Virus record (IMG/VR): IMGVR_UViG_3300020044_004411
Location: 1-30,029 of that record
Reading direction: 5' to 3' (one strand)
Length of the DNA stretch: 30,029 nt
DNA from: a virus
Taxonomy: Duplodnaviria > Caudoviricetes
Part shown: piece after piece, positions 1 to 9,409 of the stretch
Layout: each line of letters starts with the position of its first letter
Position numbering within the stretch: position 1 is the stretch's first letter
Made by a program: the position numbers and the translations under genes
Notes under the pieces: generated by a model
The model's input: only the letters and a program-made list of their open reading frames with translations
The model's database searches: none
Told to the model about the DNA's origin: nothing

Positions 1-123
1 CACCATCAGGGGGAATGGGCCATATCCCACAGTTTGCGGGATCACATTCTTCGCGTCTTGGAGTGCTCCAACCAAACCAGGTTGGTCTGGGAGCCACTCA
101 CCGAAATTTAGGCGTTGTTCCAT
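1..123 (-). CDS. 5' part of a probable tail nozzle/tail tubular protein (runs off the window)
   Basis: Manual translation MEQRLNFGEWLPDQPGLVGALQDAKNVIPQTVGYGPFPLMV; start overlaps the stop of 108..755; lies downstream of the adaptor and tail genes. Confidence 0.55.
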   Translation of the reverse strand, partial: MEQRLNFGEWLPDQPGLVGALQDAKNVIPQTVGYGPFPLMV

Positions 124-755
124 GTTGTCGATCCTGCTGAGGATTGCGTCCAGGTCGTTGAACCTGCAGAGACAGGGTTCCAGGTCGTTGAGCCTTCTGG
201 AACATCAGACCAGATTGTCGCCCCAGGATTGATTACCGTCCATGCCTGCTCTGAAGGTGCAATCGGACTCCATTCCTGGCCCTGCTTGAATCCCACGCAA
301 GTCACAGAGGCAGAAACCAAAACCGCCGCATTCCCGGCAAAGGTGGCATTTGGAGCGCAAGAGACAGAAGCCGATGCCGTGACCTGAGCCTCTCCATTGG
401 CAACAAGTCCTCCAAGCGCGGTTACCGATGCCGATGCAGTAATTGCTGCAGATGCGAGTTTGACGATCTGCGCGTCTGCCGCAACCGAAGCACTCGCTGT
501 GATAGCACCAGCACCGAATTGGACCCTTGTAGCGTCACAAGACGCAGAAGCCGATGCGGTTATCGAGGCAGAAGCAAACTGAACCCGCGCGGCGCTACAC
601 GCTACATCCGCCTGAACGGTTACAGAACTGTATGCATCCCACCGAGTGACGGAAGTCTCATAAAGAGGACTATCAAGCGTCAGCGTGAGGTCATCTATGC
701 TCGCCTTGAGGTTATCAAGGGAGTCGATTGACCACGGTGGGAGCAGATCGGCCAT
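108..755 (-). CDS. Virion structural protein with Ala/Ser-rich ~20-aa repeats and Trp-periodic 10-aa C-terminal repeats
   Basis: Repeated ITASASV units; C-terminal W-x9 repeats; coupled to the upstream gene in the tail cluster. Confidence 0.6.
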   Translation of the reverse strand: MADLLPPWSIDSLDNLKASIDDLTLTLDSPLYETSVTRWDAYSSVTVQADVACSAARVQFASASITASASASCDATRVQFGAGAITASASVAADAQIVKLASAAITASASVTALGGLVANGEAQVTASASVSCAPNATFAGNAAVLVSASVTCVGFKQGQEWSPIAPSEQAWTVINPGATIWSDVPEGSTTWNPVSAGSTTWTQSSAGSTTWNNA

Positions 756-1141
756 TAGGTCAGCGTCACGCTCAGAGATCCAATAGCCACACGGAACACA
801 TCACCAGTAGCAATGGTCTTGGAAGCATCTAGCGGTGAGTGATACAGCAGATTGCCAGTGGTCAGAGCGTCACGAATCCCGATGTGGGTGATCGTGCCCC
901 AAGAGTTACCGGCCTGAGCAAACTCAATCGCTGCAGAGTTCGTGCTGACACCGTTGGAAGGCGCACCGAATGTGATGGCCTGACGCGCATATCCACTACC
1001 AGAGCACTCGGTCCCGGTGTCTGCGTCTGTCGGATCACTCGTGTAGAGAGCCAGATAGACAGTCGTGGGAGAGGTGTAGGAAGTGTTCCGCAGAGTTGCG
1101 TTGATTAGCGCATTCTCTAGGTAGTTCGACATTTCAGCCAT
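755..1141 (-). CDS. Phage tail-associated structural protein
   Basis: MSNYLEN...YLALYTSDP...GYARQAITF...WGTITH...GNLL pattern typical of small phage tail proteins; position after the adaptor. Confidence 0.7.
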   Translation of the reverse strand: MAEMSNYLENALINATLRNTSYTSPTTVYLALYTSDPTDADTGTECSGSGYARQAITFGAPSNGVSTNSAAIEFAQAGNSWGTITHIGIRDALTTGNLLYHSPLDASKTIATGDVFRVAIGSLSVTLT

Positions 1142-1143
1142 GT

Positions 1144-1767
1144 TTATCTCCGCGCAAGAGTCATCGTGAGGGGAACAGCAGAGTATTCGTCCTGATCGTC
1201 AGATGAGGTGATCGAATCAACTGCCCTTTGATACAGAGCCGCCCAGGTCGCTAGACGCTCGTCATTCATCAGATACGGCTCTGCCTCACCCAATGATGCG
1301 TAAATTAGCGCATCAGGATAATTCGCCAAAAACACATTAGAAGTGTTCGAGTCGCTCAGATACGCAGGGGCTGCGTAGTAAAGCATCCGAGTTGCGTAGT
1401 TCGTATCCGGTATCGGAGCGAACTGGAACTCAGCATCAAGGATCGTGTAATCAACCGGCACACCCGTATCTGTGACACGAGCATTGCGGAAGAAAACGGA
1501 AGGCGTTTGAAAGTTCAATGGCCGCGCAGGAGTCGTTTCCAAGTGAACATCCCGCAGAGCCAGGAAGTCCGCAGGAAGCGACAGCGTATTGTCGTTAGCG
1601 GTCATCGAGGCCGACACCAGCTTCAGCATCTTGCGAGTGCGAAGCTCCCTGCGAAGGCGATTCTCCGCAAGGGTGATGAAGTCGGGAATCTGAGTCGTCA
1701 GATCAGACCGAGCGAGGTAGTTCGCAATCAAGGTCTTGAGGTCTGAGTATGTTGCGAGAGCCATCAA
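1144..1767 (-). CDS. Head-tail adaptor protein (SU10/P22-like)
   Basis: TYSDLK..IANYL.RSDLT..IPDFI.LAE.RL.R N-terminus, LPADFL, PIPD..Y and YPDALIYASL motifs; 207 aa; downstream of the capsid gene. Confidence 0.75.
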   Translation of the reverse strand: MMALATYSDLKTLIANYLARSDLTTQIPDFITLAENRLRRELRTRKMLKLVSASMTANDNTLSLPADFLALRDVHLETTPARPLNFQTPSVFFRNARVTDTGVPVDYTILDAEFQFAPIPDTNYATRMLYYAAPAYLSDSNTSNVFLANYPDALIYASLGEAEPYLMNDERLATWAALYQRAVDSITSSDDQDEYSAVPLTMTLARR

Positions 1768-2093
1768 ATCCTCCCAGGACGGGTGCGAAACGCTCTGTTG
1801 TCAGGATGGTTCAGCCAGGCCTTGAAACGAGTCTGATCCAACACATGGAAGCCCCGCATGATGCCTTGCTTGTTCAACTCATCAACCACCGCAAGCGGGA
1901 TAGACGCGATCTTATTCCCAAATAGATGATCGCTCCATCGGGCGCGTTCATCGTAAGCATTGAATTGCTTGCGGTTGGACTCAATGATCCCGGTCACATC
2001 TTGAGTGCTCTCAATAACGATGTCACCGTCATCGGTCTTATGGGCCTTGCGGTCTACTACTTTTGCGGTCTTTGAGAATTCGTTGATGTTCAT
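1764..2093 (-). CDS. Phage hypothetical protein between capsid and adaptor
   Basis: ORF coupled to the adaptor by ATGA overlap; QDV..IIE.N, IASIP, WLN.PDN..FRT motifs. Confidence 0.65.
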   Translation of the reverse strand: MNINEFSKTAKVVDRKAHKTDDGDIVIESTQDVTGIIESNRKQFNAYDERARWSDHLFGNKIASIPLAVVDELNKQGIMRGFHVLDQTRFKAWLNHPDNRAFRTRPGRI

Positions 2094-2096
2094 GTG

Positions 2097-2126
2097 AAAA
2101 AGGGGGCTGAGTTGCCCCGGCCCCCT
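2097..2126 (-). terminator. Intrinsic terminator after the major capsid gene
   Basis: Minus strand AGGGGGCCGGG-GCAA-CTCAGCCCCCT followed by TTTT. Confidence 0.75.
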
Positions 2127-2146
2127 TAGTTACTTGCTACCGAAGA

Positions 2147-3094
2147 TTAGCTCAAGTCAGCGATGATGCCGTGGGCGGCTTCGTTGCGAACCTCGAGCGT
2201 GTATTCCACGAGCAACTGGGTGCGATCCGAGTCGCCGTTCTTCGCCAGTTCGTTGGTGAAGAAGGGACGCAGATAAGCAACAGCAGCGTACTCGGGGTCC
2301 AGCACGAAGGCCACTTCGTTTGCCGAGTTGCCCGAAACCATGAAGCGGTTGGGCACCACGCTCACCGAGCCGAAGTCCGACAAATAGATGTCAGCGGCAC
2401 CGATGATGGTCGTGGGGGCATCCGAAGGAGCCATATAACGCTGGGCGGCGATACCGGCGAAGGCCGAAACGGTCTGCTTGTGAGCAGGCGTGACCATCAG
2501 GATCTTCGGGGAACCACCGGACTCGAACACTTCCTTAATCACGGTCTTCAGTTCGGTTTCCGTGAAGGTGCGGTTCGTGCCGTTCGTGCGAGCAGTCGTG
2601 CCAGAAGCACCAGCAGAGCCACCCGAGCCGAAGTCGCCGTTCGTTGCCAGCCAGGTCTGCAGGCCACCCAACACGCGAGCGGTAGAACCAGCGGTTCCGT
2701 TGCTCTGGACGGTGTTGCTCAGGAAGGTGAACTCCATGTCGCGCTTGATTTCGGACGAAGCCTTAGCAAGCTGATAAGCCTTTTCAGACTTACGGCCAGC
2801 CTTGTCAACAGCCTCCAGGGTGCCAGTAACACCAATGGTCTTCTGGCTGATCTGGGTGCGGTTGCCAACACGGGTCGTTGGCGACAGGGTAGCGGTAGAT
2901 GCATCAGCACCTTCCACAGCGGCGTTGGCGGCAGCAGCGGCCAGCGAGTCGGTCTGCCACTCGTGATAAACAGCGGTGGCCTTGGTCTTACCAACCGTGC
3001 TCATGAACGGGGTGTCAGTCGGGCTGATGTTGTAGATCACATCAGACAGGTCTTCACGCATACCGATGGCAGCGTAGGTACGGAATTGGGTCAT
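2147..3094 (-). CDS. Major capsid protein (DUF5309/SU10-like)
   Basis: G.REDLSD.IYNISPTDTPF, HEWQTD.L, N.TQI, E.KRDME, LAK.GD, EYTLEVRNE.AHG motifs; follows the scaffold gene; terminator downstream. Confidence 0.9.
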   Translation of the reverse strand: MTQFRTYAAIGMREDLSDVIYNISPTDTPFMSTVGKTKATAVYHEWQTDSLAAAAANAAVEGADASTATLSPTTRVGNRTQISQKTIGVTGTLEAVDKAGRKSEKAYQLAKASSEIKRDMEFTFLSNTVQSNGTAGSTARVLGGLQTWLATNGDFGSGGSAGASGTTARTNGTNRTFTETELKTVIKEVFESGGSPKILMVTPAHKQTVSAFAGIAAQRYMAPSDAPTTIIGAADIYLSDFGSVSVVPNRFMVSGNSANEVAFVLDPEYAAVAYLRPFFTNELAKNGDSDRTQLLVEYTLEVRNEAAHGIIADLS

Positions 3095-3104
3095 TTTTTA
3101 ACTC

Positions 3105-4049
3105 CTAGAGCATTCGTTCAAACAGGGCCGCAGCATCAGAGACTTTTCCAGACTTCCTCAACTGCGAGTGAGCTTTCTTGACATTCTCGTCTGCAGCAGC
3201 CTTTTGGTTTGCCGCAACGCCTGGACGGAGCATCTTCGGTGCGTCTTGCATTTTCTTGGTTAACTCTGGCTTCTGTTTCTGGAGTTTCGCGTATTGCGCT
3301 GCCATCCACAGTACCTGAACCTGGCGAGAGTCATAGGCTTGTGAGAGTTCTTGGTCAGTAAACCCGACTTCCTTAGCGAAAGATCGAATTGTCTGCCTTA
3401 CCTCGTTGCCTTTCTTCTCGTCCCCATATTCAGGAATAACCTCAGCCAAGCGCCTTGCTTCCTGCTGGATGTGCTGCTGGAGTACCGCCTGCTGCTCGGC
3501 GAATCGCTGTTGAGCCATTCGCTGCTGCTCGGCCTGCACCATCGCAAGCTGCTTCTCCCGTTCAGTCCGCTCTGCTACCTTGACTGCATAACCAATGGGG
3601 TCAACATCCTTTAACGCGTTGAGGTCTTCCCCTTCGTTTTGTTTACTTAGAAACTGCTCGATGAGGCTTAGGCGTTGAGAGTAGGCGTCCCTCGCTTGCT
3701 TTGCCTCTTCAATGGCGGCCCGTTCTGCTTCGACAGCTTTACGCTGCTCTGCTACGGACTGACTCTTTTTGGTGTAGTCCAGCCCCTTCTGATACCCGTC
3801 CACCAGTTCATCGAAAGTGACTTCCCTTTCCTCACCAGCGGCTTTCACACGGAATCGCTGCGGTTCAGGTTCAGTTTCGACTTCTTGGGTTTCAAGCTCT
3901 TCAGGTTCGGACGCCTCGACTTGTTCCTGGGGTTCTGGAGTTTCAGGAGTGGCTTGTTCAGCTTCCTTCGGCTCCATAAGTCCGAGAAACGCGCCTGCGG
4001 CTTCGTTCACCGACATCGAAACACTCCCTTGCGGGTCAGTGTCTGCCAT
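3105..4049 (-). CDS. Capsid scaffolding protein
   Basis: Acidic N-terminus, VK..GEE.EVT.DEL..GYQ...DYTKK.Q motif, coiled coil, basic C-terminal helix; directly upstream of the capsid gene. Confidence 0.85.
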   Translation of the reverse strand: MADTDPQGSVSMSVNEAAGAFLGLMEPKEAEQATPETPEPQEQVEASEPEELETQEVETEPEPQRFRVKAAGEEREVTFDELVDGYQKGLDYTKKSQSVAEQRKAVEAERAAIEEAKQARDAYSQRLSLIEQFLSKQNEGEDLNALKDVDPIGYAVKVAERTEREKQLAMVQAEQQRMAQQRFAEQQAVLQQHIQQEARRLAEVIPEYGDEKKGNEVRQTIRSFAKEVGFTDQELSQAYDSRQVQVLWMAAQYAKLQKQKPELTKKMQDAPKMLRPGVAANQKAAADENVKKAHSQLRKSGKVSDAAALFERML

Positions 4050-4068
4050 TTGAGTTCCCTAAGTTTTA

Positions 4069-4083
4069 CCAGGATGCGCCTGG
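4069..4083 (-). promoter_or_regulatory. Small hairpin upstream of the scaffold RBS
   Basis: CCAGG-CGCAT-CCTGG about 20 nt before the ATG at 4049. Confidence 0.35.
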
Positions 4084-4087
4084 CCGC

Positions 4088-4318
4088 TTACAGAATCTTC
4101 CATCGCCGCTTGACCAACTGGTCGCTAGAAGCTATGGAAGAAAAGTGCCCCATTATTTCATCAAGTACGCGCAATTTCAAATAGCACCGCTCTCGAATGT
4201 CAATGTCCATCTCATCCGAGTTCGTTAACTGACTTATCAGGGATTTCCTGATAGTGTCTATTTCCTCCTGAAACCATTCGTCACTCAGGAGGGTTTGAGC
4301 GCGTTCTGCCTTGTTCAT
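4088..4318 (-). CDS. Small head-module protein
   Basis: 76 aa; A..LL.DEWF...RE..Y..LR.LD pattern typical of small ORFs between portal and scaffold. Confidence 0.65.
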   Translation of the reverse strand: MNKAERAQTLLSDEWFQEEIDTIRKSLISQLTNSDEMDIDIRERCYLKLRVLDEIMGHFSSIASSDQLVKRRWKIL

Positions 4319-5682
4319 CGGAATCCTTGCCCAATGTTGTAACCCATGCTCGGAAGCATCCCTGATGCGGAAGTGAACTGCTCAGGAGTTACTCCAAAGT
4401 TATTGAAGGCTCCCATACGGATCTGATCCATGCTGAAGCCTTGTCCGAGCGAATCAATGATTGCCTGGGCAACCTGAGCGTCAGTAAACTGCGTGGGGTT
4501 TGATAGCAGATTCGATTGCACCGATGTGATCGTGGTCGCATTCTCCGGTGCGGGTGACACAGATGTGATCGGGGTCACATCTTCAATCGTTGGTGGGACA
4601 TAAGCAGCGGTCATTGTGGGTGCGGCCATGCTTTGATCTGACAGCAGGCTACCTCCAAGCAAGTCTGCGGCTCGAGAAACCTGCTCCACAGGAACACCAT
4701 ACACACGAGTAGCGCCAGCCATCGAATCTAACAAGCTGAACCCTTGATCCATTGATTCTCGGATTGCTTGAGCAACACGCTCATCGGTGTATTTCTGCGT
4801 TTGGATCGGAGTGGTGGATTTTTCTACAACGCTTGTCGGAGTTTTCTTTACATCTGGCACAGTTATAGGAGGAACTGTCGTCTTACCCTGTGCTGCGTTG
4901 TACGCTGCTAAAGCGTTTGCGTTAGCTGCGGTTTCAGAGTCAACAGTTTGGTTAGAACTTGTGCCCAGTTGCTCACGAATGGCCTGATAGTCAAATGGCC
5001 CAGGCGTAAAGGTGAACTGACCACCCTCTACTTTGGGAACATCAAACAAAAGCGATCCGGGTGCACGAGACAAGAATCTTTGTGCTCCAACACCCATGTC
5101 CTCGCGGCCAGCCAACAGGCCGGGGAATTGGTATAGCGGAGCAGAGCCACGAATTCCCTGAGTGCCGCCCGAGACTAATGCTAATGCTCGATTGAACTGG
5201 GTATCACTAACCCCATAGTTAGCCAACGCTCCTTGACGGGCCTGATCTAGCGTAAACCCTTGCGCCAACGAGTCTCTAATGGCTTGAGCAACTCTGGCAT
5301 CAGTAAATGTCGTGTTGTAGTTAGTGGACTGAACTTGTTCAAGTGCCTTATCAAAGTCTGCACTTGAAAGGCCAAAGTTGGTCATCGCACCCTGACGAGC
5401 CTGCTGGACCGTAAAGCCTGCATTCAGAGCGTCTCGGATCGCGCTTGTTACTTGAGGGGTCGTGTAAGTAGTTGCCGCTGGAGCAGCGGTCGGGACTACC
5501 GCTCCACGGCCAATCTGCTCGTTAATCCCTGCCTGATTGATAGCAGGGAAATTCTCAAGAAAGTCTGCTTGCGTCAAGCGCAGCTGCTTTACCAGATCGT
5601 TAAATGATCCGTAATTGCCGGTTTGTTGAGCATTGACAAGCCGAGTGGCAAGTTCGTTCTTTTGAGCGACTGTTAGTGCCAT
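4315..5682 (-). CDS. Hypothetical protein with four ~42-aa internal repeats, probably virion-associated
   Basis: 455-aa ORF tightly packed between portal and 4088..4318; repeats start at aa 73, 126, 298 and 399. Confidence 0.7.
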   Translation of the reverse strand: MALTVAQKNELATRLVNAQQTGNYGSFNDLVKQLRLTQADFLENFPAINQAGINEQIGRGAVVPTAAPAATTYTTPQVTSAIRDALNAGFTVQQARQGAMTNFGLSSADFDKALEQVQSTNYNTTFTDARVAQAIRDSLAQGFTLDQARQGALANYGVSDTQFNRALALVSGGTQGIRGSAPLYQFPGLLAGREDMGVGAQRFLSRAPGSLLFDVPKVEGGQFTFTPGPFDYQAIREQLGTSSNQTVDSETAANANALAAYNAAQGKTTVPPITVPDVKKTPTSVVEKSTTPIQTQKYTDERVAQAIRESMDQGFSLLDSMAGATRVYGVPVEQVSRAADLLGGSLLSDQSMAAPTMTAAYVPPTIEDVTPITSVSPAPENATTITSVQSNLLSNPTQFTDAQVAQAIIDSLGQGFSMDQIRMGAFNNFGVTPEQFTSASGMLPSMGYNIGQGFR

Positions 5683-5685
5683 GAT

Positions 5686-7731
5686 TTACCCCGGAATTTC
5701 GATGTTGCCGCTGATGCCTGCGCCGATCTTCGCTGCCTTCAGTTGGACCTCAGCCTCGAACTCTTGGCGCTTCAGATCCAGTTCAGCCGCTGCCTTCTCT
5801 CGAGCCAGTTGAATCTCTGCTGCGGCCTTCTCGCGCTTGGCTTGAATATCCGCGATTGCCTTCTGTCGGTCAATCTCCAACTGAGCTTGAGCCTGCATCA
5901 TCATCGCTTGGATGGCAGGATCAACCTGTTGCTGCTGCGGAGGCGGGTTAGACAGAGCCTGGTCAATCTCAGGAGTGATCGGCTTGAAGAAGGTCGCCGA
6001 GTCCTTGAACCCTGCTGCCTCAATCATCCGTCCCAGAGTGTCTCGGTACTGAGCCACAGACACAAGAGGATTGGCCGGTCCAAACTGCTGCAGGATGCGC
6101 TCTTGCTTGTCGAGGATCATCGCCAACATAGCCATCTGCTCTTGGCGGTTACCAGTTCCCAAACCCACAGAGATGGTCACATCGTACTGATTCGACCATT
6201 CACGAGGGTCCATCGGGATGTATTCGCCGCGCATCCGAATCAGGCGGGGCTTGTCCTGGTACTTGCACAGAAGATGCAAGATTCCCTTGAACAGAGTCTT
6301 AACACCCGTCTCAGCAAAGATCCGGGCGATGAGTTCCAGCTTCCCTGACGATGCGCTCTGGAATGCCGCTACAGCTGTGGCCGTGACATTCTGAAGAATG
6401 TTCGGGTCCAGGCCTTGGCTTGCGTCAGAAACGCCAGTCCGCTTTGCTTGGGTTTGGTCAAGGTACTCCAGCATTGGAAAGGCTTGGTTAGCCACCGGCT
6501 GCACGGCCATCGGAACCACTGCGTTCGGGTTCTTCATCCGTACCACGCCGCCTGGAGTGACACTCGTCAGATCGTCCAGGTTTACCTGACCCTCAATCGC
6601 CCCGACTCGGACATTGTTCGTCAGATACAGGTTATCCAGCATCTGGCGGGTGATCGTGGACTTCTGGAGCTGAATGTCCATCGTCTTGTCCGCGAGAGAC
6701 AGACCATAGAACTTGTGAGGAACCGGAATAGGACAGATCCCGTGGAAGGGGATGTAATCCGTCTCGCTCATCTCAAGAATCTTGGACCCTGCGTACCAAA
6801 CCTGAACCAGCTCGGCGATCCCGTCATCGTCCATGTCTGCTCGGACATAGCACTCGTAAACCTCGACCTCCTGCATGGAAGGATCGTAGGACTCTTGATC
6901 CGATGGTTGTTCGCCTTCAGAGAATCGTGCCACTCGCTCAGGACTGAATGACAGATCATCGTAGGTCGGGAGGTTCTGCACCATATCCCAATCGAACCCC
7001 ATTGCCACGAGATCGGACCTGGGAATCAATCGGCGATGAGCCGTGAAGGGAGAGTCTTGAATCGTCCGAGCGTTTTTAGAGATCAAGAACTCCTCGGGTG
7101 GAACATTGACAATCCGCACCTGGCCGATCTTGTTCTTGCGCCGAGTTTGAACTGAGTGCGAGGTCTGCACCAAAGGCATCCCGTCCAACCCGATAGCAGG
7201 ATTTCCCATCGGATCAAGGATCGGCGTGGAAACAGACTCCTGCGCGATGATCTCTCGCGTCCCATCAGACATCAGCATCGCCAGCTCTTCGTCTGACAGA
7301 TTCTGATAAGACTCCTTGATTACATCGTAAGAGTCATCCCAATAGGCTTTGACAACGCCAACCTTCTCAAGGAGTGCGTCCTTGAACCAGTCGTGCATGA
7401 TCGCAAACCCACGGTTGTCCTTGTAGAACACCCAGTTCGCGTAATCAGTGGCTTGTTTGGCTTTCGGCTCATCGCCTGGAGCAACAGGCTCAAACCTCAC
7501 CACATCATCAGATGCGGTGAAGATACGGATCAGCTGAGGAAGCGCCCCATCAATGACTTCGGCAACCTCTCCCGTTACGATCTGGGAGCGGCCCTCGATC
7601 TCATTCCCGTACGGATAGCGAAGGTAATACTCCAGCGCCCTCGTGCGTTGTTCGGTTGTCTCCGTCTGGAGATAGCCGATTGCCCCGTCTATTTCGGCCT
7701 CGAGTTGTGCTTTCAGCGCGTTCTCGTTCAT
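5686..7731 (-). CDS. Portal protein (P22/SU10-like)
   Basis: 681 aa directly after TerL; R..ALEYY, DALL.K.G.VK.YW, VPPEEF, D.D.DGIAE, P.PHKFYG, Q-rich C-terminal coiled coil. Confidence 0.9.
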   Translation of the reverse strand: MNENALKAQLEAEIDGAIGYLQTETTEQRTRALEYYLRYPYGNEIEGRSQIVTGEVAEVIDGALPQLIRIFTASDDVVRFEPVAPGDEPKAKQATDYANWVFYKDNRGFAIMHDWFKDALLEKVGVVKAYWDDSYDVIKESYQNLSDEELAMLMSDGTREIIAQESVSTPILDPMGNPAIGLDGMPLVQTSHSVQTRRKNKIGQVRIVNVPPEEFLISKNARTIQDSPFTAHRRLIPRSDLVAMGFDWDMVQNLPTYDDLSFSPERVARFSEGEQPSDQESYDPSMQEVEVYECYVRADMDDDGIAELVQVWYAGSKILEMSETDYIPFHGICPIPVPHKFYGLSLADKTMDIQLQKSTITRQMLDNLYLTNNVRVGAIEGQVNLDDLTSVTPGGVVRMKNPNAVVPMAVQPVANQAFPMLEYLDQTQAKRTGVSDASQGLDPNILQNVTATAVAAFQSASSGKLELIARIFAETGVKTLFKGILHLLCKYQDKPRLIRMRGEYIPMDPREWSNQYDVTISVGLGTGNRQEQMAMLAMILDKQERILQQFGPANPLVSVAQYRDTLGRMIEAAGFKDSATFFKPITPEIDQALSNPPPQQQQVDPAIQAMMMQAQAQLEIDRQKAIADIQAKREKAAAEIQLAREKAAAELDLKRQEFEAEVQLKAAKIGAGISGNIEIPG

Positions 7732-7810
7732 GTCGTTCCTCTAACGCCTTGATGCGGCGTTCAAGTTCAGCTATCCGCTGCGGGAGATTTCCTTGGGTTG
7801 AGATCCACAT
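7601..7810 (-). CDS. Small coiled-coil hypothetical protein overlapping the portal start
   Basis: ATG at 7810 in TGATG overlap with the TerL stop; MWISTQGNLPQRIAELERRIKALEE; 3' end overlaps the portal by 131 nt. Confidence 0.4.
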   Translation of the reverse strand: MWISTQGNLPQRIAELERRIKALEERHERERAESTTRGRNRRGNRLSPDGDNRTTHEGAGVLPSLSVRE

Positions 7811-9072
7811 CACACAATCCATCGAATGTTTGTTTTAAGCGGCTTATCCCATGAGGAGGTCTCGCTTATCCCAACAGCCATGTACCGGAAAGCATCCGAT
7901 GCGTGGCTGGCCCAGTCGTGAAGTGGCTTGTCGTAGAAGACATTCCGCTTCTCGTCATACTCTCTTCGATAGTTGCGAAGTGCGTCCAACCCTAGTCGTA
8001 CTTGAGGGACATTGAACCAGCACTTGGGCAAGATGCGCCTGACTGCCTGAATCCCGTCTGCTACCGACAAGCGTGGTGCGACAGTGATCTGTAGGCCAGC
8101 CTCTTGGAGCATTTCCTTGCGGCTGCGTCCCGTGCCGAGTTCCCTGACCTCCACATCGTGAGGAAGGATGTGCTCGGCGGTGTGCCATCTGTTCTCTTTG
8201 ATCCAGTTGACATACCAATCCAATCCGACCCCGTGATTTTCCACGAAATCTAGCACTCTGTATTCCTGATTTACCGCTTGGATCACCCAAATCGCAGTCG
8301 AATCAGAAACGCCTAAGTCCCAAGCCGTGTAAGTCCTACAAAGGTCGTCCCGGTCAATGTGACACAAACGGCCCTTTTCTTCAAGGTCGTTGATAAGGGA
8401 ACCGTAGTAAGAACCCTCCACCGCAGCATTGAAGGAGCACTCGAACTCTTGGTTGAACTTGTCCTCGCCCATCTCCTTACGGGCTGCTTTGAGTTCGTTC
8501 TCGTCTATGAGCTTGGTCTGTGAGGCTTTGAACTCCAGCAGTCCCCAGTCCTCTTCGTCCTCGGCCTGGTCCCTCAGGGCTTTGAAGTGGTTGTTTCCCT
8601 TTGGAGTCCCCAGAAACAGCGCCCAACCCAGTCTGTCTGAGAGCGCAGGACGAATGATGTCGGTCCAGATCTTGGGGTCTTGGTCGCCGATCTCGTCCAG
8701 AATCACGCCGTCAAAGTATTGGCCCCGCAGCGAATCAGGGTTGTCTGAGCCGTAAAGCTGGATTCTCCTGCCCCAAAAATCGGTCCTAAGCTCCGAGATG
8801 TTCGGGGTTGCCTTGAGAGGCTCTGTGTACTTTAGAAGGTAGTCCCAGGCCACCCGCTTGGCCTGCCCGTAAGTAGGGGCGATGTAAGCGTACCTTGGAG
8901 CCTCTCTTTGATTCTGGATCGCTTCCTTGATGATGTGGTTCAGGGCAGCAACTGTCTTTCCCATTCTTCGGTGAGCCACTACTACCGAAAAGCGTTTCTC
9001 GGCCATCATCTTATGGATGGCGAACTGCGGCTCTCTAGGAGCGTAGGGAATGATTATTTCTCTTCGGCCCAC
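7810..9072 (-). CDS. terL: Terminase large subunit
   Basis: Walker A-like HRRMGKT, YIAPTY.QAK, LRG..FDGVILDE Walker B, GTPKG; nuclease motifs WDLG..DST and HASDAFRY. Confidence 0.95.
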   Translation of the reverse strand: MGRREIIIPYAPREPQFAIHKMMAEKRFSVVVAHRRMGKTVAALNHIIKEAIQNQREAPRYAYIAPTYGQAKRVAWDYLLKYTEPLKATPNISELRTDFWGRRIQLYGSDNPDSLRGQYFDGVILDEIGDQDPKIWTDIIRPALSDRLGWALFLGTPKGNNHFKALRDQAEDEEDWGLLEFKASQTKLIDENELKAARKEMGEDKFNQEFECSFNAAVEGSYYGSLINDLEEKGRLCHIDRDDLCRTYTAWDLGVSDSTAIWVIQAVNQEYRVLDFVENHGVGLDWYVNWIKENRWHTAEHILPHDVEVRELGTGRSRKEMLQEAGLQITVAPRLSVADGIQAVRRILPKCWFNVPQVRLGLDALRNYRREYDEKRNVFYDKPLHDWASHASDAFRYMAVGISETSSWDKPLKTNIRWIV

Positions 9073-9395
9073 TTGATTACCATTTCAATGGACCCGCCAT
9101 CAGTCCCGCTTACCTCAGTCCGGGCCAGCTTAGGAATGTGGTACTCGATTGCCTTGAGATAAAGCTCTGCCGCCCTGCCGGGGTCTGGCTTTGTTTTGGC
9201 ATCGCCTTCTGCGACTCTTTCAAGCCATTCAGCGAACTTAGGAGCGTTCTGCTCTGCCACCATTGCGATCATCTCTCGCACATTCTGGGTGGTCTTATTG
9301 GGCACTCCCTTAATGCGCCCCATACCTGCTGCGGGAGGCTTGCGCTTAGTAGGTGTCAATACTTTGTTGTCCATTTCCGATTCCTTTCGGGCCAT
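9054..9395 (-). CDS. terS: Terminase small subunit (probable)
   Basis: GR.KG.PNK.T N-terminal motif, PKLARTEVSG.DGG.I C-terminus; immediately upstream of and overlapping terL. Confidence 0.75.
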   Translation of the reverse strand: MARKESEMDNKVLTPTKRKPPAAGMGRIKGVPNKTTQNVREMIAMVAEQNAPKFAEWLERVAEGDAKTKPDPGRAAELYLKAIEYHIPKLARTEVSGTDGGSIEMVIKWAEEK

Positions 9396-9409
9396 CGGGC
9401 TAAGTTGTC

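Noticed and set aside
2171-3181. 336-aa plus-strand ORF antisense to the major capsid gene
   Set aside because: Shadow ORF expected from the codon bias of a highly expressed gene; no RBS or recognisable motifs
5743-6951. Long plus-strand ORFs opposite the portal (and similar ones opposite the ART-like, initiator and tail genes)
   Set aside because: Antisense shadows of well-supported minus-strand genes with implausible composition
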